Shown here one piece after another: positions 1 to 7,765 of a DNA stretch of 38,307 nucleotides. The translations under genes and the position numbers were made by a program. The notes beneath the pieces were generated by a model. The model had not been told where the DNA came from. It ran no database searches and saw nothing but the letters and a program-made list of their open reading frames with translations. How positions within the stretch are numbered: position 1 is the stretch's first letter; every line of letters begins with the position of its first letter. Origin of the DNA: a virus (taxonomy: Duplodnaviria > Heunggongvirae > Uroviricota > Caudoviricetes); IMG/VR virus record IMGVR_UViG_2657245439_000017. One strand, 5' to 3'.

Positions 1-54
1 TAAAAATACTCCCTTTTGAGTGGTTAAAGTACTGAGATAATGTGGGGAGGATTT

Positions 55-80
55 GAGAGATAAACGTTGGTTTGGGAGAA
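55..80. other. hix/gix-like recombination site, left (half-site GGTTTGGGAGAA, core TT at 67-68)
   Basis: Reverse complement reads TTCTCCCAAACC-AA-CGTTTATCTCTC; 14-bp identical inverted copy at 1869-1882; architecture 12+2+12 as in Hin/Gin/Cin sites. Confidence 0.6.
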
Positions 81-428
81 GCGGCGAAAAGGGATGTGGG
101 TACAGGAGAAAATCAGATACCGGATATGTCAGCCTGGAAAAGAGATCCGAGTTCTAATCGCTGGAGAAAATTGCCTGATGGAACCATCATTCAAATGGGA
201 ATATCAGCATCAGGGCCATTAGGCTCACCTGTAAATATCACCCTGCCGATATCTTTCAGCAATACCAATTATTGTGTTGTTGCATCGTACGATAATGCAC
301 GGTCAGGTGTGTCAACAATGGTTAGTTTTGCAGCGTTACCTGTTTCACCATCGCAATTTTCCCTGATGTCATCTGTGACTGAGCAAGGAGTAAATCCTTT
401 TGCTTACTGGATTGCTTTTGGAGATTGA
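72..428 (+). CDS. Alternative tail fiber C-terminal variable domain (Sv'), start-less cassette, silent in this orientation
   Basis: Open frame begins inside the left recombination site with no plausible start or RBS; after inversion it would be fused in frame to the constant part of the fiber gene (shared LGLGE junction). Confidence 0.55.
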   Translation: MGEAAKRDVGTGENQIPDMSAWKRDPSSNRWRKLPDGTIIQMGISASGPLGSPVNITLPISFSNTNYCVVASYDNARSGVSTMVSFAALPVSPSQFSLMSSVTEQGVNPFAYWIAFGD

Positions 429-431
429 TAA

Positions 432-851
432 ATGGACAGATACTTCTATTCACAAAAAGAAAATGGTTTTTTTACCGATTTAAATAAAGCACCTTCAGAT
501 GCTGTTGAGATAACCACGGATGAATGGCTGTCACTACTGGATGGTCAGGATAATGGCATGAAAATAGTCAGCAATCAGGAGGGATATCCGGTTTTGACAG
601 AGCAACCACCTTTATCAAAAGAAAACCTTATTGCATTGGCAGAGTTGAAAAAAGGAAAACTTATTAATGAAGCCAACGAGCACATGAACAGCAGACAATG
701 GCCTGGTAAAGCGGCTATTGGTCGTCTGAAAGGTGAGGAACTGGCGCAATATAATTTGTGGCTGGATTATCTGGACGCACTGGAAATGGTCGATACTTCC
801 GGTGCGCCAGATATTGAATGGCCTACGCCTCCGGCAGTTCAGGCCAGATGA
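432..851 (+). CDS. Alternative tail fiber assembly protein (U'-like)
   Basis: ATG at 432 directly after the Sv' stop; 139 aa with tail-fiber-assembly C-terminal motif (LWLDYLDALEMVDTSGAPDIEWPTPP) shared with the minus-strand U gene. Confidence 0.75.
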   Translation: MDRYFYSQKENGFFTDLNKAPSDAVEITTDEWLSLLDGQDNGMKIVSNQEGYPVLTEQPPLSKENLIALAELKKGKLINEANEHMNSRQWPGKAAIGRLKGEELAQYNLWLDYLDALEMVDTSGAPDIEWPTPPAVQAR

Positions 852-1416
852 CATCCGGCGCAGTGCTGGTATCTGTTGCCGCCACCGCGTCAATGTAATC
901 CAGCACAGCGTTAAGTCGGGTGTTTTCTGGCTGCGTCAGCTTCCGCCCGGCCTGTAATTTCAGCTGAATCAGACTGATGGAAGCCATTGCAGCATCAATC
1001 AGCGACTGGCGCTTTACTTCTGCCGCGTCTAGTGCGGCGCTATGCTGTGCCTCGGTATCCGTCACCCATTTCTCACCATCCCATTTATCGTATGGCGTTA
1101 ACGGTGAAAGCGTGACATAACCGTCTTTGATGGCACCGATATAATCCACTGTAACAGCTGCGCCATTTTCTGTTGAGTAAACAGTCTCATTGCGATGGTC
1201 TTCTTCATGGCTCCATCCCTTACCCGTGAATACTGCCACTTGCCCCGGAATGTATTCGCCCGGGTCAATACCAGTGGAACAGGCGGGCATACTTACGCCA
1301 GTATTAATATATTCATCAGACCAGCCCGTATATTCAGACGTTACTGCATCATAATAATAACAACGCATATCACCCGGCACTGTAGCCATCCCATTTTCAT
1401 CAAAAACAGGTTTCAT
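823..1416 (-). CDS. Tail fiber assembly protein (U-like)
   Basis: 197 aa; ATG at 1416 overlaps fiber stop; C-terminal motif AVLDYIDAVAATDTSTAPDVIWPELP typical of tail fiber assembly chaperones. Confidence 0.8.
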   Translation of the reverse strand: MKPVFDENGMATVPGDMRCYYYDAVTSEYTGWSDEYINTGVSMPACSTGIDPGEYIPGQVAVFTGKGWSHEEDHRNETVYSTENGAAVTVDYIGAIKDGYVTLSPLTPYDKWDGEKWVTDTEAQHSAALDAAEVKRQSLIDAAMASISLIQLKLQAGRKLTQPENTRLNAVLDYIDAVAATDTSTAPDVIWPELPEA

Positions 1417-2864
1417 TATGCAGCCCTCACAATATAATTAAAGGCGATGTTACGTGGACGGTTTTCATTAGCTGTTGGCACGACACGAGAGGCGTCGAAT
1501 CCAAGGTCATCGGTTTTGCCTATAGCAGTTGTGTTATTCGCCATTGTCGCTGATCGTGTTCCTGCATCGTAAAAAGCCCCTCTGATTGCATCAAAAGACA
1601 TGCCGATCCCGCCATCTGCGAATCCCTCAATATTTCTTATTGCATCCCCCTGTGAAGATAATAATTGTCGCCCGGCATCCACACCACGTCCGTCATCCCA
1701 GCCACGAATAAATTCACCGCGTAAATCAGGCAATTTATTTGTCGGGTAAGCCTTTGCCAGTTCCGGGTATTCTTCAGCCGAAAAAGCAGCCCCGTTGCAT
1801 TTCAGCCAGCCTGTCGGCGGCGTAGGTGAAGGCCAAGGAACTGGTACGCCAACAGGCAACGCAGAACCTTCTCCCAAACCAAGGTAATTGAGGACTTCTT
1901 TTATACTGCCCATAGCGATAATAGCGCGACCAATAGCTGTAAGGGTTGTCAGTGCTGCGCGGTCTGCTCCGGTAAAATAAGGCAACCGATCTGCTGCAGT
2001 GGCAAGTCCTGCCAGAGCAGTGAGCGTGGCATCTGCCGGTTGTTTTCCGTTTGCCAGATCGTATGCAGCCTTGACCGCTTTCGGTGTGGCGGCCAGTATT
2101 TCAGACGTGCTGTTGATGTCACTGCTCAATTGTACGGTGCCTTTTGCCGTCAGCGAGGCAGCAGGCACTCCCGTTATCTGACTCCACGGGTGAGTGTGGC
2201 TGACGGGCGCCTTGCCGGCTGCAAGGTCGTATGCAGCCTTGACCGCCTTCGGCGTGGCAGCCTCAGTTTCTGATTGACTGTCCGTGGCGCTGCTCAGTTG
2301 TACGGTGCCTTTTGCCGTCAGTGAAGCCGCAGGCACTCCCGTTATCTGACTCCACGGGTGAGTGTGGCTGACAGGCGCCTTGCCGGCTGCAAGGTCGTAT
2401 GCAGCCTTGACCGCCTTCGGCGTGGCAGCCTCAGTTTCTGATTGACTGTCCGTGGCGCTGCTCAGTTGTACGGTGCCTTTTGCCGTCAGCGAGGCAGCAG
2501 GCACTCCCGTTATCTGACTCCACGGGTGAGTATGGCTGACGGGGGCCTTGCCGGCAGCCAGGTCATATGCAGCCTTGACGGCCTTTGGTGTGGCGGCCAG
2601 CGTTTCAGAGGTGCTGTTGGTGGCACTGCTCAGTTGGGTGAACCCCTTAGCTGTCAGTGTCGCGTCCGGGTGGTTACGGGAACGTACGTGTTCAGCCAGT
2701 GACTGTGCGGCTTCCTCCGTTTTTTTCTTCAGCCATTTCGTCCTGTTTGCCAGTTGCCGGGGGGCTCGATTTGATATCCCGTCTGCACCACCCAGAACCG
2801 GATCTGATGTCTCCAGTTGATAGATATTTTCTTCCCACTTTTCTGTTTCATTCAGGTTTCCCAT
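1416..2864 (-). CDS. Tail fiber protein (S/H-like); constant N-terminal part 1883-2864, variable C-terminal part 1416-1882 inside invertible segment
   Basis: 482 aa from ATG at 2862-2864; N-terminal NRAPRQLANRTKWL and repeated LSSAT..ATPKAVKAAYDLA motifs typical of P2 H / Mu S fibers. Confidence 0.85.
   Translation of the reverse strand: MGNLNETEKWEENIYQLETSDPVLGGADGISNRAPRQLANRTKWLKKKTEEAAQSLAEHVRSRNHPDATLTAKGFTQLSSATNSTSETLAATPKAVKAAYDLAAGKAPVSHTHPWSQITGVPAASLTAKGTVQLSSATDSQSETEAATPKAVKAAYDLAAGKAPVSHTHPWSQITGVPAASLTAKGTVQLSSATDSQSETEAATPKAVKAAYDLAAGKAPVSHTHPWSQITGVPAASLTAKGTVQLSSDINSTSEILAATPKAVKAAYDLANGKQPADATLTALAGLATAADRLPYFTGADRAALTTLTAIGRAIIAMGSIKEVLNYLGLGEGSALPVGVPVPWPSPTPPTGWLKCNGAAFSAEEYPELAKAYPTNKLPDLRGEFIRGWDDGRGVDAGRQLLSSQGDAIRNIEGFADGGIGMSFDAIRGAFYDAGTRSATMANNTTAIGKTDDLGFDASRVVPTANENRPRNIAFNYIVRAA
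1869..1894. other. hix/gix-like recombination site, right (TTCTCCCAAACC-AA-GGTAATTGAGGA)
   Basis: Inverted copy of the site at 55-80; lies inside the tail fiber gene exactly where the two alternative C-terminal coding sequences diverge (after LGLGE). Confidence 0.6.
2040..2670. repeat. Tandem 168-bp (56-codon) repeats inside tail fiber gene, about 3.5 copies
   Basis: Anchor CACTCCCG recurs at 2166, 2334, 2502; protein repeat HPWSQITGVPAASLTAKGTVQLSSATDSQSETEAATPKAVKAAYDLAAGKAPVSHT. Confidence 0.75.
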
Positions 2865-2866
2865 AA

Positions 2867-3445
2867 TCAACTGCTCCCGTGGTTATAACTGCCATCATGG
2901 ATGGCGGTATTGTTATAGCGAATGGCCACAGACTGATACTCCAGGCTGGCCAGATGGCAGCGGGCCGGTGCAAATGCAGCCAGCGTCTGACGCAGCATCG
3001 CGGCCTGATCGTTAGTAATGGGCTGTTTCAGAATAACGCGATAAACTGCCCAGGCGGCTGCATCTCCATGAACAAACAGTCCGTTATAGCTGCGATTGCC
3101 GTCGTAACTGAGACGACCTGTGCCTTCAATCAGATCCACTTCACCAAAGCCAAAACGGCGGATAACTTCCCGGATTGACCACGGCGTCCCTTTATACCGG
3201 TGCAGTTCGATGGCTGCTTTTATAAGCATGCGGCGAACATCGTCCGATTCCGCCAGCTCCCAGCCATCGCCAGACAGTGAGAACTGCTCGCCCAGCCATG
3301 GCAGCGCGGAACTGTCGACGATATCGACGAGAAAGACCATCAGTACGCTCAGGTCGATGTTATCCAGCCGTCCTGCCAGTCTTCCCAGCGTCCTGAGACT
3401 GATATCACCCTCAAGCGGTGGCGGGAGTTGTAATGGCTCAGTCAT
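2867..3445 (-). CDS. Tail protein, P2 gpI-like (Mu gp48-like)
   Basis: 192 aa; position between baseplate J and fiber; family-level resemblance. Confidence 0.75.
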   Translation of the reverse strand: MTEPLQLPPPLEGDISLRTLGRLAGRLDNIDLSVLMVFLVDIVDSSALPWLGEQFSLSGDGWELAESDDVRRMLIKAAIELHRYKGTPWSIREVIRRFGFGEVDLIEGTGRLSYDGNRSYNGLFVHGDAAAWAVYRVILKQPITNDQAAMLRQTLAAFAPARCHLASLEYQSVAIRYNNTAIHDGSYNHGSS

Positions 3446-4541
3446 CAGACACTCCAGTCATGTTAAGAGTGATTGCCGTACAGTTTGCCCATTCGTTTTC
3501 TGCCACCACCCGCAGTGCCGGTGTCACCAGTTCAACCTGGTACACCCCGGAAACGGACAATGCACTGATAATCTGGCTGGGGACAATATCGCGCCCCAGC
3601 GTGGCGGCACGTGATGCCACCCAGTTCTGTATGGCGCTGTTAGCGGCATCTTTTACAGACCTGGCATCCTGATCACGATAGATCGTAATCTTGGCTTCAA
3701 TGGTGTAATCCACCTTCACTGGTGTTTTAGCCCGCACTGTATCAGTGAGTGGCCTGACTTTCTCATCAGAGCAGAAACTCTCTACCAGCGTGAGAACACC
3801 GCCGTCCGGCAGACCGGTACTGAGCAGCGGATACAGATCTACGGTCCCGGGAACCGGGGAAAGCACAGCAACATCGACAATGTTGGGATGGGCCTGCATG
3901 GCATGAAAGCGGTATGCGCCACGGCTTCCGGCATTGGTGAATGACTCCGGGGCCAGCCTGATACGCTCCCGGAGCCTGTCATCGTCTTCCTGTTCTGAAC
4001 CGCCGGAACTGGCCGTCAGATTGCTCACCAGCAGGTCGACGTTATCAATCTCATCGAGTAACTGACTGACCTGCGCAGGTTGCCAGCCGTTACCAGCGGT
4101 ACCGGGTTCGGTACAGGTGGACGTGACATTGACCAGCAGCAATCCGGCCTTCAGTACCACATCTGTATCGGTGGCAAAAATAACGCTGTCGGAAGCGCTG
4201 ACGCGGGTGCCTGCCGGGATCAGCACATCAATGGCCAGTGCCTCATCTACGGAGAACTGGAGCGTGGTAGTGGCAGGCTGCGCGGCAAGACGGTATACAC
4301 CGACCAGTTCACCGAGGTAATCAATCATCGGCTCACGGGCAAAGGCGACCAGATTCTGCTTTGCTGCCTCCTGTACCGCAACCCTGACCAGCATTTCGCG
4401 ATAGGCCCACAGATCAATCAGCAGACGTTCTGCCTGTGCCGGGTACAGCGTTTTGCCGGTATCCGCTTCATACTTCGCAATCATTTCTGCCGTGATTTTG
4501 TCGGCATCGCGTTCAATAAAATCGGGTTCTGTCAGCGCCAT
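3438..4541 (-). CDS. Baseplate J-like protein (P2 gpJ / Mu gp47-like)
   Basis: 367 aa; gene order W-J-I-fiber. Confidence 0.8.
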   Translation of the reverse strand: MALTEPDFIERDADKITAEMIAKYEADTGKTLYPAQAERLLIDLWAYREMLVRVAVQEAAKQNLVAFAREPMIDYLGELVGVYRLAAQPATTTLQFSVDEALAIDVLIPAGTRVSASDSVIFATDTDVVLKAGLLLVNVTSTCTEPGTAGNGWQPAQVSQLLDEIDNVDLLVSNLTASSGGSEQEDDDRLRERIRLAPESFTNAGSRGAYRFHAMQAHPNIVDVAVLSPVPGTVDLYPLLSTGLPDGGVLTLVESFCSDEKVRPLTDTVRAKTPVKVDYTIEAKITIYRDQDARSVKDAANSAIQNWVASRAATLGRDIVPSQIISALSVSGVYQVELVTPALRVVAENEWANCTAITLNMTGVSDD

Positions 4542-4879
4542 AGCAGCTCCTGAGTCCGGGTCTGTCCGTCTGAGCCTTTCCAGCTCACCCGGAGCGTAAG
4601 ATGTTCGCCGTCGACGGCGGGTTTAACTGACATAAGCTGGCAGCGGGGCTCCCAGCGCCGGATGGCATCGACGGATTCGCGCACCACATGCGGAATGGCC
4701 CGGTCTACAGGCCAGTCGATATAAAGATGCAGATTGCTGCCGAACTCCGGGCGATGCGGGTCGCTGCCGCGGGGAGTCCGCAGGATAATTTGAATCGCCT
4801 GCCGGATATCATCCAGCCCCCGGACAATTTCGCCGGGAGCCTGCAGGGTCGGTTGCCAGAATACTGAGGTTGTTTTCAT
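4532..4879 (-). CDS. Baseplate wedge protein, GPW/gp25-like
   Basis: 115 aa; small lysozyme-like gp25 family size and position upstream of J. Confidence 0.75.
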   Translation of the reverse strand: MKTTSVFWQPTLQAPGEIVRGLDDIRQAIQIILRTPRGSDPHRPEFGSNLHLYIDWPVDRAIPHVVRESVDAIRRWEPRCQLMSVKPAVDGEHLTLRVSWKGSDGQTRTQELLWR

Positions 4880-4933
4880 GGGGGCAGTATTGCCCCCGTG
4901 CGGGAACGCTGATATTAAAGGCGTTTAAAAAGC

Positions 4934-5530
4934 TCAGTGGGAGTGGTGGCTGGAGTTTTCGCCATCAGACAACATACTGCCCGTGGCATGGGCATTCCCT
5001 TTAATCTCGATATTGCCATGGATGGTCGCGGTAACACCTTCACCACCAGAACCCGCCATGCCTCCTTCGTAAATCAGCTTACCCCTGACACGCAGATCTC
5101 CGGTAAGTTCGGTTTCCGGTGCGTCAATCGTGGCTTTCTGTGTTTTCAATACCACATCAGCACCACACTCAATGACAATATGCTCAATGCCGCCCCGGAT
5201 GGTCAGAGTGTGCGTCTTCCGGTTGTAGCTGTACTCTGCACCATCAGCAAACCGGGTTCCCCGGATATTTTTGTCACTGAACGGTGGTTTATCGACGTCT
5301 GAATACACCGCGCCCAGAATAACACCATCCTCGCCGTTGGCATCGAGCAGCACCTCAACCTGCTCCCCCACGTCAGGGAGCCAGTAATCTTTGTTATCCT
5401 GGGTATTGCGCTGCAGCACGTTAAGCCAGTTTGTGCGCAGGTTATCGCATTCAGGCAGACGAACGCGGGCCTGAACCCTGTCGGCATCAACGGCACTGAC
5501 CGTACCGACCTGACGAGTGACACCAGTCAT
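4934..5530 (-). CDS. Baseplate assembly/spike protein, P2 gpV-like
   Basis: 198 aa; ATG at 5528-5530; C-terminal glycine-rich beta-helix-like tail ending with His-rich apex (SSHHSH). Confidence 0.75.
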   Translation of the reverse strand: MTGVTRQVGTVSAVDADRVQARVRLPECDNLRTNWLNVLQRNTQDNKDYWLPDVGEQVEVLLDANGEDGVILGAVYSDVDKPPFSDKNIRGTRFADGAEYSYNRKTHTLTIRGGIEHIVIECGADVVLKTQKATIDAPETELTGDLRVRGKLIYEGGMAGSGGEGVTATIHGNIEIKGNAHATGSMLSDGENSSHHSH

Positions 5531-6681
5531 TTTTTCTTCTCCTTAATCACCGTCGATGTACTGCCATCCGGGTGATAAACCGTGAGTTTCTGAGTTTTTT
5601 GTTTTTTCCCTCTTGTGACTGGCCCCCGTGCCACTTCCAGCTCTGTGGTGTAGCCGCTGTTACGGTCAAACGCATGGCGGGCAGTGGTTATGAGCCATGG
5701 CCCGGATAACTGCCCAAAACCCACCAGTTCAATTTTGTTGCCTGCTGTCAGTTGAGGTGTTCCCGTCAGCGTCAGGGAGCCGTTCTGCTGGTATTCGTTA
5801 TGTCTGGCCAGTGCTGAATCCGCTTTAATCCGGGCACTGTCCGGGTCGCTGACGCGGCTGTTAACTTTAAGTGAGTCAGCGCTGGTAACCTTACCACCTT
5901 TGAGCTTTTTGTCGCTTTCACGGGTACCACCATCAGCTTCGTAGACGATCAGTTTTTTACTGCTGCTTTTCTGGTGTTTTACCTTTGCAGATTTATAGAC
6001 CCGGTTGATGGTGTCACGCAGGGAAAAGCGGGCCACATCCTGCGGTTTTAACTGCCTGACCGGCTCCTGACTGCGCAGTGTGGCCAGATGAGAAAAAATC
6101 AGCTGGTCACTGACCACTTTCACTGCATAACCATACTCGCTGGCCAGCCGGCGCAGAAAACCCACGTCGGTTTCAGCATACTGGGTCACCCGGTCGATTC
6201 TGATGGACTCAATGCTGCCCACCAGTTTCAGTCGGTGCTTTCTGGCAATCCGCCCCGCAACAGCTGCCAGCGTGGTGTTCTCAAAACCACGACTGGTTTT
6301 AGTCCGCAGGGCACTGTTAACCGAGGTGGCCACCCCACGGATAGAAACAACGGAAGCGGGCGAACTCACTTCGATCTCGTCTATAGAGAACGTACCGCAG
6401 GACAGCAGCTTCTCGCCCTGATAGCCCATTTTCAGCGTCAGCGTGTCACCCTTGCCCGGATACCATTTATCCAGCCAGCGGCCATCGGTGTCGTCCAGCT
6501 CCACCTCAATGGTATCGGACTCATTTTTGATGTTATCGCTCCAGGTCACACGGGTGACATAAGGCGCGATATCAGAGGTGATGTTTTTCTGCAGATACCA
6601 CAAAGTGAACACCGGTGTCAGCACATCGCTGACGCCGGTTAACGCTGATGTGACTTGCGCAGTGCTGTTTATCTCAGCCAT
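5527..6681 (-). CDS. Tail/baseplate hub protein, P2 gpD-like (late control D family; Mu gp44-like)
   Basis: 384 aa; C-terminal motif LTGTPQLTAGNKIELVGFGQLSGPWLITTARHAFD...GYTTELE characteristic of gpD family. Confidence 0.85.
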   Translation of the reverse strand: MAEINSTAQVTSALTGVSDVLTPVFTLWYLQKNITSDIAPYVTRVTWSDNIKNESDTIEVELDDTDGRWLDKWYPGKGDTLTLKMGYQGEKLLSCGTFSIDEIEVSSPASVVSIRGVATSVNSALRTKTSRGFENTTLAAVAGRIARKHRLKLVGSIESIRIDRVTQYAETDVGFLRRLASEYGYAVKVVSDQLIFSHLATLRSQEPVRQLKPQDVARFSLRDTINRVYKSAKVKHQKSSSKKLIVYEADGGTRESDKKLKGGKVTSADSLKVNSRVSDPDSARIKADSALARHNEYQQNGSLTLTGTPQLTAGNKIELVGFGQLSGPWLITTARHAFDRNSGYTTELEVARGPVTRGKKQKTQKLTVYHPDGSTSTVIKEKKK

Positions 6682-6884
6682 GGGGCAATATCCTCTTCTG
6701 TACGGGCTTCTTCAGCCTCAATCACCGGGATCAGTAACAACAGCCCGGAGGGCAGCACCGGCGTGATGGCCACGTGCGGATTGGCGGCAATAATCCGGGG
6801 ATAGCCCAGCGGGTCACCGTAGTACTGCCATGCCAGCGAATCCCAGCGCTCTCCGTCACGGGTAACATGTTCAAGAAACATCAC
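6669..6884 (-). CDS. Tail protein X-like (LysM-like)
   Basis: 71 aa; YYGDP...IAANP...LPSG pattern resembling P2 gpX. Confidence 0.55.
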   Translation of the reverse strand: MMFLEHVTRDGERWDSLAWQYYGDPLGYPRIIAANPHVAITPVLPSGLLLLIPVIEAEEARTEEDIAPWLR

Positions 6885-7765
6885 ACACTCCTCGTCAGTA
6901 TTCTGGCGGCCATTGCACTTAATCCCGGAGACATGCGGTTGAATGCTGTGCCGGCGGCGTTAAGCTGCCCGGAAACGGTATCCAGAGCACCTGCAATATT
7001 TCTTTTGTCCACACCACTCAGCGCAGACTGTGCCTGCTGTACATACGTGGCTGCTTCGCTGGCTGTTCTGGCCAGACTGATGGCATCGGGCATGGATTCA
7101 GAGAGTGCGTTAAACGCCGGAACACTTTTCCCCAGAGCCCCGGAGATATTACCCAGTCCGCTCATCAGCCCCGGCACACGGGTCAGTGCGACAACGGGGT
7201 TATCCTTCATTTTCTGTGTCACCCGAACGGCGCTGATAGTGGTCTGGAGTACAGACTGCGCCTGTTTCGCATAGTTGACGCCGTTGCGGATGAACTGCGC
7301 CACCCCTGAAGGTGAAGGTATGGCACCGGAGACCGCCCCGACACCCGGGAGCTTCGTGCGTATTGCCGGTGGTTGCAGAGGATTTTTCGGGTCACCGGTG
7401 TATTCCCGGAGAGACACGGTGGCACTGACAGCCAGCACGTTGCCGGTACTGTCAGTCTGCTCGCTGGTTGCAGTCACATCGGTAATCACGAACCAGCCGC
7501 GATAGTCACCGTTGCCGAAGACCAGCGCCAGTGCCTGATGGGCTTTCATGGCTGTTCGCAGTCTCGCCAGCTCCACATCGGGTACACAATAATGCTGATG
7601 GAAAACCAGAGTTATCTGGATTTCGTCCAGCCTGTCGCCGACGAACTGCAGGCCAGGCTTACCCCCGATGCGGGCATGCTCCGCATAATCGACGCCGAAC
7701 GTGGCCTCGAAGCCGTCCCAGTAGGTAATCAGCTCAAACTCAATATCACCCAGTACGGCAAACAT
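6881..7765 (-). CDS. Tail protein with gpU-like N-terminal domain (Mu N / DNA-circularization-like position)
   Basis: 294 aa; N-terminus AVLGDIEFEL...GGKPGLQFVGDRLDEIQITL resembles P2 gpU family; located directly downstream of tape measure. Confidence 0.6.
   Translation of the reverse strand: MFAVLGDIEFELITYWDGFEATFGVDYAEHARIGGKPGLQFVGDRLDEIQITLVFHQHYCVPDVELARLRTAMKAHQALALVFGNGDYRGWFVITDVTATSEQTDSTGNVLAVSATVSLREYTGDPKNPLQPPAIRTKLPGVGAVSGAIPSPSGVAQFIRNGVNYAKQAQSVLQTTISAVRVTQKMKDNPVVALTRVPGLMSGLGNISGALGKSVPAFNALSESMPDAISLARTASEAATYVQQAQSALSGVDKRNIAGALDTVSGQLNAAGTAFNRMSPGLSAMAARILTRSV

Larger units (their letters stand above)
67..1882. mobile_element. Invertible tail-fiber segment (Mu G-segment-like): Sv and U in the expressed orientation, U' and Sv' in the silent orientation
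   Basis: Bounded by inverted crossover sites; contains two convergent tail-fiber-assembly genes and two alternative fiber C-terminal coding regions, one lacking a start codon. Confidence 0.6.

Noticed and set aside
72-428. Treating the 118-aa plus-strand ORF as an independent expressed gene
   Set aside because: No ATG or RBS; the frame opens inside the recombination site and is only translatable after inversion as the C-terminus of the fiber gene
2040-2670. Possible CRISPR array suggested by regular repeats (also 8372-8893)
   Set aside because: Repeats are long (168 and 261 bp), in frame and inside structural genes, with no short repeat-spacer structure and no cas genes
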